A stretch of 64,000 nucleotides of DNA. It comes from Prorocentrum cordatum. Its lineage: Eukaryota. The DNA lies in NCBI GenBank assembly GCA_963575745.1, contig CAUYUJ010000215.1, positions 1-64,000 of the forward strand. The letters are read 5' to 3'. The notes under the pieces are model-generated. The model was not told the origin of the DNA. It did no database searches and saw only the letters and a list, made by a program, of their open reading frames with translations. This document shows positions 23,711 to 34,451 of the stretch, piece by piece; the first letter of the stretch is position 1; every line of letters starts with the position of its first letter. Both the position numbers and the translations under genes were made by a program.

Positions 23711-25770
23711 ATGCTTGCGTGCTTGTCACACGCGTCGCGGTGGACGCCCGAAAATGATTCGCATCCGGTAGGCGCGGAAGCTCTGCAGTGTCTGACATCC
23801 ATGCTCGCAGCCGAAGGAGCGGCGTATCCCCCCGACCTGTCCGGATTCACGGCGAAGGAGGCGAGGGAAGTGTTCCCGTGCCTCCGGGAGTGGTCAGAGT
23901 GCTTCACCGTGACGCTTATTACTCACGCGCGTAAGCTGACCCACGAAAAGGCAAAGCGGCCCCGGGAGGACGATGCAGCGGTATCGCTCTCCCAGGTCGA
24001 GCGCGCGCGCAACTCCGCCCCATCCGGCGGAGCAAGCAAGGCCGGCCGCCGCCCGCTGACCCGTGGGCGCGAAGGCGGCGGAAACGTTACTCGAGAAAGC
24101 GGCCAAGTGCCCGGCACCGGCACCGGGCTTGCGCGCGAAACGCCGGCCCGGCGGGGGTTTGACGCCTCAAGAAGCCCTCGCGTTGCTCTCAGCGGCAAGG
24201 CAGGCACGGCAGGCACCACCGCGCGGCGCCACCGTCCTCGTGCGCCGCGCGAGGCGCGGAGGTACCAGCGCCGCCGATGCTGGCAGAGGCAATCCGCCAG
24301 CTGACGAAACTCCAGGCTCCGCCCGCGATATTCATATGCGAAGGCGGCATTCCGCGGGAGGTGCGCGCGAGGCAGGACATCGGCGTGCGGCGGGTGCCAG
24401 GAACACCTCGTCGGCGCGCCGAGGAATTGCGGGTGTCAGGAGCAGGACTGGAGTGCATGCGCCGCATCCAGATGGCCGCGCTGTGGCGAGAATTCCACGC
24501 GTGGAAGCTCTCGGCATACCCGTATGCCTCGGCGGTGGAGTTGTACGGCCAGGCGTGCGATGCGGCAGGCGTCCCGCCCTGGCCGCCGTGCGCCATCGCG
24601 CGGGACATGATGGTGGCGCTCTGTCGCCGCCCGGGGACCCTGTCGAACTATTTGCAGGGCATTCGCTCAGTCCTGCATCTGCTCCGCGCAGACACAGGGT
24701 CTTTGGCGGACGCGCGGACCCTGGTATTCGGTGCCCGAAAGGTACGGCCGCCGCGCGCGTCGGCCGCGAGCCCATGATATCGGCGGCAGGCGGAACCGCC
24801 TGGTGCGCAAAGATTTCGTGCGCGCGCCACGGCCGAAAACGTGCGCGCGATGTCGGATTGGCTGCGCGAGGCGCGGCCGCGCGCTCTTCGAACTAAGCGG
24901 CCTGCCGTGCGTGCCGGCCCGCGGGCCTGGCGTTTGGCAGATCGGACGCGGCGATATGGCCGACGCTTTCGTCATATGCTGGCAGTTCTGCTTGCGCTTC
25001 GGCTCCGAAGTAGTGGGGCTGAATGCGCCTGGGCATAGTGCCGTCTCGCTCCACGTAGACGAAGGAAAGCACCAGGTGCAGGTGCAATTCCGCCAGCGGA
25101 AGGGGAGAGTGGCTCCCGACCCGGCGGGCCGAGCGCGCGCGCGCGGCGGGGCGCGCCCCGGGCTCCCCGCATCGCGAGGTCTGGAGGGTATGCGTATGCC
25201 AGCTCCAGGGCAAACGATTGTGTGCGGTCTGCATCATTCGGCATTCGCTCCGGCCCGGCGAGCAGCTCCTGCCGGGCGTCTCTTACGTGGACGGGCTGGC
25301 TTGCGTCAAGCTCGCCGCTGCCCACCTCGGGCTCCATAGGGCATTGGAGTGGGGGACGCATTGCTTCAGGCGCGGCCGGGCCGACCAGGCATGGGCTCCC
25401 CTTGCCGTCCCCTGCCTACCCAGGGCCCGCGCGCAGTTCGTGTCTCTCGCACACAGGCACTCCGCACCGGGGGGCCAGCAGCGCTGTTCTTCGAAGGGGG
25501 TTGGAGATCTGTGGCCGCGTTCGGGCACTCCATTCCGACAGGGGGCACGGCCGCGCTGCCTGGGTCGCGAGGGCGCGGCGCTTGGCGGCGCACAGGTACC
25601 CGGCCGCAAAGACGCGGGCCATGGTGCTGGCGGCAGAAGCCGAGATCGCGCACTCCGATTCCGACGAGGCGCCGCCTTGCAGGCATCGGGGTCGGGGCTC
25701 CGCGGCGGCGCGTGGCGCGCAGGACGCGCCGATCGCCGCGGAAGCGGTGCAGGGGCCGCCCAGGCCGTGA
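23711..25770 (+). CDS. Tyrosine recombinase of element 1, at least 9 exons
   Basis: Introns 23996-24074, 24204-24261, 24316-24375, 24742-24789, 24871-24940, 25124-25178, 25389-25456 and 25525-25595. The spliced product has TLSNYLQGIRS, FCLRFGSE (R), RQRK (K), CVC...CAVC, GTHCFRRG (HxxR) and GGWRSVAAFG|Y (W, Y). Confidence 0.85.
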
Positions 25771-25845
25771 GTCAAGCAGACCAGGCATCTGCGGTCTGCT
25801 TAGAGCGCGCTTGGGCGTCGTTCCGCCGAGCATGCATCGGGAGGC

Positions 25846-26396
25846 CGGCGAGGTTGCTCGGCTCCACGACGCCGATTCGCGCTCACCCCACCGCCTGGCC
25901 TGGGCCTGCGCCAGTCGACGGTTGTGCCCTGCGTTAGCGCGGGCCCAGCCTCGACGCGACTTCTCATGGGCGCTCTGGGCAGCATTTGAGCGCGGGGAGA
26001 AGTCGCTCGAGCGTCGTGGCCCCTATTGGCTATCTTCTCGCTTGTCTCTAATGCTGCGGGACGGCTATTCACGGCTGAGGCGGATCCCCACCCTGCGCGC
26101 CCGCGAGCGCGTTCTCGTCGCAGGTGAATGGGATTTGTCTCACGCGTGGCCGTCCCGCTGGCGGGATGCGTTTTTCCCCACCCGCCCGACCCTGCTGCGC
26201 GAGCGCACTGGCGTCGCAGTGGCTGCTAGTTGTGTCGAGGCTGGGCTGACCCAGCGCCAGGCTTGGGGGAGGCGTCGGCGAGGTTGCTCGGCTCCGCGAC
26301 GCCGACTCGCGCTCACCCCACCGCCTGGCCTGGGCCTGCGCCAGTCGACGGTTGTGCCCTGCGTTAGCGCGGGCCCAGCCTCGACGCGACTTCTCA
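25846..26396 (+). repeat. B1-A2-(spacer)-B2 right end of element 1
   Basis: B1 25846-25966, A2 25966-26176, B2 26276-26396. Confidence 0.95.
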
Positions 26397-27085
26397 CGAT
26401 ACACGTGCACACATGCGGGTGCGCATGGCCGCACATATCTGCTTGCGCAAGCGGTTCGAAAACACGCTAAGAGTTCGGAGGCCCCATGGGCACCACGAGT
26501 GCATCAACGTTGCATTTGCGAGGCCCGGAGAGGCTCCAGGAAACCACCCCCGCGAGGCTCCAGGAGATTCCAGGAGGCCACCCCGCGATGTCCCAGTAAG
26601 CGGCAGGAGGCCCCCCCAGAAATGGCACAAGAAACTCCACGAACCGTACACCCCGCGAGGCCCCTGAAAGCTGCGAGATGGAGGTCGCCAGCTGCTCCAA
26701 GGTCTTTTGGTCAAGGCGCAGCAAAACATGTTCTCGCGAACAAATGTTCTGTTGCGCGCTTTCGCTGCCTTCCTCTTGGAGGGGGGGTTGAAGTGAAGGG
26801 CGGGCGCGCTCGAGGAGGAGGAGGAAATGATGACGAGGAGGAGGAGGAGGAGAATGAAGACAAAGAGAAATAGTACTACGAATGTCAAGAGGAAGACGAA
26901 TGATGATAATCTTAATGATGGTATCAGCAATATAAGTAGTGGCAATCGTTGAACTAATAATGCTACGACGATTGCAAATTCTAACATGAATAGTAGTAAA
27001 ACGATTCGTAGTAATGGTAATAGTGCGGATGCAAGAGCTAAATCATGAGGTCTGGGCGCCGCCGTGAAGCAGTGTCGGGACTTGT

Positions 27086-27688
27086 TTGTTTTTCGACCCT
27101 GACCCCACAGATCTGCGTGAGGGGTGCCGCCGAATGTTAGAAATGTGGCAAATCCCGTGTGTTTTTGGACCCTGACCCTATTGATCTGCGTGAGGGATGC
27201 GCCGAATGTTAGAAATGTGGCAAATCCCATGTGTTTTTGGACCCTGACCCTGCTGATTAGCGTGAGGGGTGCCGCCGAATTGTGGAAATGTGGCAAATCC
27301 TTTGTGTGTTGGGACCCTGACCCTGCCGATCTGAGGGAGGAGTGCCCCCGAATTTCAGAAATGTGGCAAATCCCTTGTGTTTTGGGACCCTGACCCCGCC
27401 GATCTGCGTGAGGGGTGCCAGCGAACTTGTGAAATGTAGCGTGGCCTTGCCGATCTGCGTGAGGGGTGCCACCGAATGTCAGAAATGTTGCAGATGCTTT
27501 GTGCTTTTTGACCCTGACCCCGCCGATCTGCGTGAGGGGTGCTAGCAAATTTCAGAAATGTGGCAAATCCTTTGTGTTTTTTGACCCTGACCCCGCCGAT
27601 CTGCGTGAGGGGTGCCACCGAATTTCAGACATGTGGCAAATCCCATGTGTTTTTGGACCCTGACCCCGCCGATCTGCGTGAGGGGTGT
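27086..27688 (+). repeat. ~72-bp minisatellite, ~8 units
   Basis: GACCCTGACCCCGCCGATCTGCGTGAGGGGTGCC..CGAATTTCAGAAATGTGGCAAATCCC.TGTGTTTTTG repeated. Confidence 0.92.
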
Positions 27689-27902
27689 CAATTTTAACCC
27701 ACCCCAGCAATTCAGAGCACACGCTCAGGGCGTGGCAAAAATGCTGGATTTGGGCCTCCCACCCTCGCGCGGTCCACCAACAAGGAACAGTAAGCAGCAA
27801 GAAGCAGAACTGTATCGGTGGAAACTGGAAGCTGCAACTGGCACAGGAAACTGCGAACCTTCGCCCTACAGCCTGGTGGCCCCACAAGGGGGCCGGCAAA
27901 TT

Positions 27903-27953
27903 CGTAGTATTAGTCGTAGTCGTAGTCGTAGTCGTAGTCGTAGTCGTAGTCGT

Positions 27954-28022
<69 letters not shown>

Positions 28023-28114
28023 GGTGGTGGTGGTGGTGGTGGTGGTGGTGGTGGTGGTAGTAGTAGTAGTAGTAGCAGTAGCAGTAGCAGTAGCAGTAGC
28101 AGTAGCAGTAGCAG

Positions 28115-28146
<32 letters not shown>

Positions 28147-28200
28147 TTACTACTACTACTACTACTACTACTGCTACTACTACCAATACTAGTACTAAGT
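27903..28200. repeat. Compound microsatellite (GTAGTC)n(GTA)n(GGT)n(GTAGCA)n(TAC)n
   Basis: Direct reading. Confidence 0.9.
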
Positions 28201-28553
28201 CGAGTAATCATAATAGTATCAATCGGAGGTTGGGGGGTGAGATCAAAGTGGAACGGAGAGCCCCCCACCGGGAAATCGGTTTCGGTTTCGTGTTTGTGCG
28301 TGCCGTGCTTGCGGGCGAGGCGAAGCTGTGTGGGCCGGCGAGAGGAAAGTCTCCTGTGGCTGAGGCGAGGCCGGACCAAATGTTTCCCCCCTGGCAAACG
28401 GGGCCGCGCGGTGTCCCGCCAGTGTCCCGCCAGTGTCCCGCTGCTCCTGTGGCTGAGGCGCGGCCGGACCAAATGTTTCCCGACTGGCAAACGGGGCCGC
28501 GCGGTGTCCCGCCGGTGTCCCGCTGGTGTCCCCGTGTCCCGGTGGTGCGAAAA

Positions 28554-29065
28554 CGATAGTGAGACCGATATTCAGATCGATTGTGAGATCGATTGTGAAA
28601 TCGATAGTGGGATCGATAGTGAGATCGATCGAGTGAGATCGATAGGGAGATGGATAGTGAGATCGACAGTGAGAGCGATAGTGGGATCTATGTTGAGATC
28701 GATTGAGTAAGATCGATAATGAGATCGATTGAGTGAGATCGATAGGGAGATGGATAGTGAGATCGACAGTGAGATCGATGGAGTGATATCGATAGTGAGA
28801 TTGATAGTGAGATCGATGGAGTGATATCGATAGTGAGATCGATAGTGGAATCGAAAACGAGATCGAGAGTGAGATCGACAGTGAAATCGATCGAGTGAGA
28901 CCGATAGTGAGATCGATCGAGTGAGATCGATAGTAAGGTCGATAGTGAGGTCGATCGTGGCTTCGATATTGAGACCGATAGTGAGATGCAAATCGAAATG
29001 CAGATCGAAATGCAAATCGAAAAGCAAATCGACATGCACATCGATAAGCAAATGCAAATGCAAAT
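28554..29065. repeat. Degenerate 12-bp (GAGATCGATAGT)n array grading into (AAATGCAAATCG)n
   Basis: Direct reading. Confidence 0.85.
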
Positions 29066-31259
29066 CGTCAGGCACATCGACATCCCGTGCTGTATACTGT
29101 GCCAAGAGCGAGCGGCAACGCAACAATCTCTGAACACTAAGGCTCCCAGTGCGAACGTTGGCGGAACATGCTCTTAATGGTCGCTCCAAGAAGCTCACGG
29201 GAGGCCCCAAGAGACCCCCAAGAAGCCCCAAGAGGCTCCCAAGAGGCCCCCAGAGACCCCCCAAGAGGCCCCCAAGAGCCCCCCAAAGGGGTCCAAAAGA
29301 CGAGCCCAAACGGCCCCCCAAGCCCTTGCAAAATGAACGAAATACTTGACTATTTCATCAGTTCTCGGGGGGGGGGGACTGGTGCCAAGGCGCCCAAGAG
29401 CGAAGGGTGACGTAAACAACTGGACACCAAGGCTCTCAAGAGCGAGCGGCAACGCAACACTCTCCACTGGCATCGTCAGAACAACAATCACCACTGTTGC
29501 CCATTGCTGGCCCCATCCCCTCCCCCAGCCTCCTTATCACCCGCAGGGTGGTCGTATAGGTAACATTATAATATGAGGAGGAGGAGGAGGAGGAGGAGGA
29601 GGATGAGGAGGAGGAGGAGGAGGAGGAGGAGGAGGAGGAGGAGGACCAGGAAACACAGCACCAGGAAACCGCTGGGGCCAGGAGGCTGCAAGACGACCCA
29701 GATGCCTCAGGAGGCCACGTGAGCTCCCAGGATGCTTCAGGAGCCCCCTCCCCCGCGATGCCCCAGGATATCCAGGAGCCCCAGGAGGTCCCAGGAGGCC
29801 CCAGAAGGCCACAGGGGGCGCCAGAAGGTCCCAGGAGCCCGCAAGGAGGCTCCAGATGGGGCTCCGGGATGCTCCAGGAGGCTCCTCAGAGGGCCCAGGA
29901 AGCCCTAGGAGATCCCAGAAGGCCCCAAACAGGCACCAGAAAGCCCCAGGAGGCCCCAGGAAACACCAGGAGGCCCCCCAGGAGGTCACAGGAGACCCCA
30001 GGAGGTCTCGGGAGGCACTGGGAGGCTCCAGGAGGCCCCAGAGGGCCACAGGAGGTCCCAGGAGGCCGCAGGAGGTCCTATGAGGATGCAGGAGATCCCA
30101 GGAAGCCCGAGGCCCCAGGAGGTCCCAGGATGCTCTGGGAGGAAGGCCTGGAGGCTCCAGGAGGCCACCAGATGGTACCCCCTCCTGGTCGATCCGACGG
30201 GAGGGAGGGAGGGACGGAGGGAGGGAGGCAGGGAGGGAGGGAGGGAGGAGGAGGTAGAGGAGGAAGAGGATCGAGGATGATCGAGGAGGAGGAGGATCGA
30301 GGAGGAGCTGCCCCGCCCGGTTTCTCCGTGTCCGAAGGGGGTGGTGGACCGCCATTCGGACCTGCTGGCCGAGGAGCTGAGGGCCGCGGGCGGGCACGTG
30401 ACGCTGTTCTGGCGGTACATGGGCGGGGACTGCCCGGAGCTCCCGGCCGCCCGCCCCGCTGGGAGCCTGCAAGGTTCGAGGCCTCCTGGATGACCTCCTC
30501 CTCCTCCTCCTCTTCCTCCTCCTCCTCCTCCTCCTCCACCATCATCTCCTCCTCCTCCCCCTCCTCCTCCCCCTCCCCCTCCTCCTCCTCCATTTCCTCC
30601 CCCTCCCCCTCCTCCTCCCCCTGCTCCTCCTCCTCCTCCTCCTCCTCCTCCTCCTCCTCCGCCTCCTCTTCCTCCTCCTCCTCCTCCTCCTCCTCCTCCT
30701 CCTCCTCGGGTCGCCTACGGCCCCAGGGAAACCGTGCAGATGGGGTCGGCGTAGATGGGGTCGGAAGATCGCGCCGCATCGCCGATGCACCGCCGATGCG
30801 GCTCGATGCGGGCCTTGATTCTCTCCGCGCCGACGCCCACCCGCCCCGCCTGCGAGAGCGTGTTTCTTTACTGCTTGGGGCTGGCGGGCGTCGTGGCTCC
30901 CGGCCTCCCCCCCCTAATGACGTAACGCTCTCCCCCCGTCTTTGGTATCTTAGTTTTTTTTGTGCGAAAGAAGCCTGTTGACGCTCAGATACACATGCAC
31001 ACTTGGTAACATTAGGGCTCAGGGCGCTTAGCATCCGAGGCCACGCCCACTGTGAGCAGAGTGGTGGGGAGCTCATCCATGTGCACTGTTGGAAGCGTTT
31101 GCGATCACATTCAACCCCCTTAATGCGTTCTGGGCACTGCCGCCGTGCGCATCGTGATCCGCATGGGTGTCCGCCGTGGGTTCTGTCATACCTCCCCCCC
31201 GCCCCCCCCCCCCATGACGCCCGTCGTCGTCGAAAATAAAGGGACGCGCTCCAAGGCTG

Positions 31260-31398
31260 AAGACGGGCACGTCCCTCTACGGAAGGAATATTCAAAGATA
31301 GTGAAGAAGGTAGTCGGGGGCTGAATTTTTCTGGGCATTTTTTGACTATTCGCTACTTCTCTCAGAAGGTCCGCCTGCAGGGGGACATGCCCGACCTA
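31260..31398. mobile_element. MITE family with ~28-bp TIRs (also 55438-55588 and 56591-56667; single ends at ~10394-10425, 56073 and 58837)
   Basis: Left end AAG(A/T)CGGGCACGTCCCTCTAC(A)GGA; right end reverse-complements to AGGTCGGGCATGTCCCCCTGCAGGCGG. Confidence 0.7.
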
Positions 31399-32443
31399 AC
31401 GCAGGACCGATCGCTCGCCGTGGGCGAAGCGGGTCCCGAGGGAAGCGGGTCCCCAGGCTTTTCGCCGCTTTTCTCTGGCAGGCCCGGGGCCCTTCGCGGG
31501 CCCCGGGACTGCCGGGGAACGCTTCGGGAGGAAGTTAACGGGCCCTGGGGGAGTCCAAGCCTCCCGTATGGGGTCGGAGTGGCGTCCATGGCCAAGCCTC
31601 AGCTGGAGTCACACCGGGGTCCAGACCTTGGATTCCTCTAGGCCTCCTCCTCCTCCTTCTCCTCCTCCTCCTCCTCCTCCTCCTCCTCCTTCTCCTCCTC
31701 CTCCTCCTCCTCCTCCTCCTCCTCCTCCTCCTCCTCCTCTCTCCTCCTCCTCCTCCTCCCTCCTCCTCCTCCTCCTCCTCCTCCCGCTCCCCCTCCTCCT
31801 CCTCCTCCTCCTCCTCCTCCTCCTCCTCCTCCTCCTCCTCCTCCTCCACCTCCTCCTCCCCCTCCCGCTCCCCCTCCTCCTCCTCCTCCTCCTCCTCCTC
31901 CCTCCTCCCTCCTCCTCCTCCTCCGGTCGCCTACGGCCCCAGGGGAAACCGTGCAGATGGGGTTGGAGAAGGTGGGGCCGGTGGATCGCGCCGCACCGCC
32001 GATGCATCGGCGATGCGTCGGCGATGCGCCGGTGAGCTGGTCCTGCAGGATCCTGTCAGGAGCCGCCGTGCGCCCACGAGGCTCGCGCGGGAGCTCAGGG
32101 GCGGTGCGCCCAGTCTGGGAGCCCAGCCTGGGCGGCCATCGGGCCCGAGCTGCCCGTTCTCGATCGCCTGCTGGGCGGGGAGGGGGGGCCCACGGGCCGA
32201 GCCGCGCGGGAGCCCCGAGGAGTTCGCGCTGGCCAGGCAGGAGTGGTCAGCGCCAGATCTTGCAGGATCCTGTAAGGCCCGATTGACCAGGGTCTAGATC
32301 GACCCAGGTCAGCAGACCCCCGAACTCATGCGTTTTCGCTCCTAGCTCTCGTATCTGGGTCGGGGGCGGGTGGATATCATGGCGGGGCCATGATGTCTCC
32401 CCAGATCTCATGGTGACCTTCTCAGGTCAATGCGTCCGCGGCT

Positions 32444-32491
32444 CCCCCCCTCTGGGCCGAGCACGCTGGCCAGGTCGCGGTCTTGGAGGAG

Positions 32492-32526
<35 letters not shown>

Positions 32527-33650
32527 GGAGGAGGAGGGTGGTGGGTGGCGTGAGGGAGGAGGGAAGCGGGACGAGGGAAGACGCTCATGATGACGAGAAT
32601 TTTGGATGAGGGTTAGGATGGGGATCGAGATGGGGAGGAGGAGGAGGAGGAGGAGGAGCAGGAGGAGGAGGAGGAGGAGGAGGAGGAGGAGGAGGGGGAG
32701 GAAGGTGATTACATATTACATGGATCATGGTCATGCTAACCTGGATGATGGTGACGATGAGGATGATGCTGATGCCGCTGATAGCAATGTTTTAGATTGA
32801 TGGTGGTGATGGTGATGGTGATGATGGAGACGATGATATGAGATAAGGAGGGGAGAGTGAGGATGAATCCATGGCTGATTAGGAAGCTCAGGATGTGGAG
32901 ATGGGGAAAGACGAGTGGGACGGTGATGGTGGGATGGGGTGGGAGGGGAGGGGAGGAAAGGATGGATTGCTAGACGGGAGGAGAATAACGAGGGAGAGGA
33001 GGAGCAGAAGGGAGTGTGGATCTTCCACATGTAGTTTGACCGGTTGCCGCGCGCTCCAGGAGACTAGGCGAACCGAAGGGCTGCCTCTGCACGGCTGGTC
33101 CTCAGATTGGTCCCACACCGACATCGCGATGCCTGATTTCACCTTCACAGAGTACAAGGAGCTGGCCGATTCAGGGGGATGCGAACAGAGGGGGGCAATG
33201 GGAACGGGAGGCAGAGGAGAGGGGAAGGGTCAGGAACAGGACGCAAACTGTGGATGAGTTGGAGGAGGAGGAGAAGGAGCAGGAGGAGGAGGAGGAGGAG
33301 GAGGAGGAGGAGGAGGAGGAGGAGGAGGAGGAGGAGAAGGAGGAGGAGGAGGAGGAGGAGGAGGACGACGACGAAGACGAAGGTGTCGTTTCCGTCCCGC
33401 TTGGGCCTCCCTGCAACAGGGGTGGGCGATGCCCCCCCGGGCAGTGCTGGGTGCACGCACCCCCCCTCTGGGCCGCGCACGCTGGCCAGGTCGCGGTCTT
33501 GGAGGAGGAGGAGGAGGAGGAGGAGGAGGAGGAGGAGGAGGAGGAGGAGGAGGAGGAGGTGAGAGGGAGGAGGAAGCGGGACGAGGGAAGACGCTCATGA
33601 TGACGAGGATTTTGGATGAGGGTTAGGATGGGGATCGAGATGGGGAGGAA
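32444..33650 (+). repeat. ~200-bp direct repeat pair (32444-32642 / 33461-33649)
   Basis: CCCCCTCTGGGCCG.GCACGCTGGCCAGGTCGCGGTCTTGGAG(GAG)n...GACGCTCATGATGACGAG.ATTTTGGATGAGGGTTAGGATGGGGATCGAGATGGGGAGGA occurs twice. Confidence 0.85.
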
Positions 33651-34007
33651 GAGCACTCGCAGGGTGCTGCGCGCGCACGACCTCGGAGGCCGGGCCCACG
33701 GGCCCGGCGGCGCCGCGGCGCGCGGTGGCGGGCCGGCGGCGCAGGCGCGCCCGCGGGGCCGCGCGCCGGCCAGGCCGCGGCGCCGTGGGCGCGCTCCGCT
33801 TTCTGCGCTCCGCTTTTTGCGCTTTCGTTGTTTTTTTTTTTTGTTTTTTTTTTTTTTTTTGGTTTTTTTTGTTGTTGTTGTTTTTTTTTTTCGGTTTTAA
33901 TATATATGTAAGTGCTCGCACGTGAATCATCTAGGCAAGCCCGACCGCCGCTAAGCGGTACAACGCTTCCGTAGTCTTCTCTGGGCTCAAGCGGGGCCCC
34001 AGGTGGC

Positions 34008-34451
34008 ATGGATTTCGGGCTAAACCTTTTCTACGAGGTTGTTCGATCGTTGGGCACCGCCGCCATAGTCTCGGCGGGCAGCTGCCCAGCGGTGCCCGCG
34101 TGCCCCGCCTGCCCGCCGTGCCCGGCGGTGCCCGCGTGCCCAGGCGCGCCACCGCTCCCCGAGCCGACGTGCGGGGTGAGCGACCCCGAGGTGCTGGCGG
34201 ACAACAGCCGCCTGTGGGCCTGGACGGTGCTGCTGCTCGCGGCCAGCTCGACGTTCGTCGCCCTCGGCTTCGCGCGCAATGGCGGCCGCAGCCCCGGGGG
34301 GGCCGCTGCCCCTGCAGGCGGCGCCGGGGCTGGGAGTGGCGGCGCAGGCGGTCCAGGCGGCGGTGGCCTGGGCCTTCGTATGGTACGCGACGCCGGAGGC
34401 CCTGTGGCACCAGAGGCTGCTGCTCGGCGTGCTGGCGTCATCGGCGACTAG
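34008..34451 (+). CDS. ORF0: small Cys/Pro-rich putative single-pass membrane protein
   Basis: First ATG after A1. CPAVPACPACPPCPAVPACP repeat, hydrophobic LWAWTVLLLAASSTFVALGFA, Gly-rich tail overlapping ORF1. Confidence 0.55.
   Translation: MDFGLNLFYEVVRSLGTAAIVSAGSCPAVPACPACPPCPAVPACPGAPPLPEPTCGVSDPEVLADNSRLWAWTVLLLAASSTFVALGFARNGGRSPGGAAAPAGGAGAGSGGAGGPGGGGLGLRMVRDAGGPVAPEAAARRAGVIGD

Larger units (their letters stand above)
17619..26396 (+). mobile_element. Intron-rich tyrosine-recombinase retrotransposon (DIRS/Ngaro-like, A1-ORFs-B1-A2-B2)
   Basis: Split direct repeats: A1 17619-17829 = A2 25966-26176 (211 bp, 2 mismatches); B1 25846-25966 = B2 26276-26396 (121 bp, 2 mismatches). Gag-, RT-, RNase H- and YR-like motifs lie in order between them. 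Confidence 0.92.

Noticed and set aside
25523..25530. Apparent Tyr-to-His inactivation of the element 1 recombinase (AAFGH)
   Set aside because: A GC-AG intron at 25525-25595 supplies the Tyr on the next exon.
27086..27688. Possible CRISPR or iteron array
   Set aside because: Whole ~72-bp units are repeated with no unique spacers.
29700..30170. Collagen-like or Pro/Gly-rich ORFs (also ~9960-10200 and 52200-52760)
   Set aside because: They derive from degenerate ~10-11-bp GGCCCCAGGA / GGGCCTCTTG repeats that are open in several frames.
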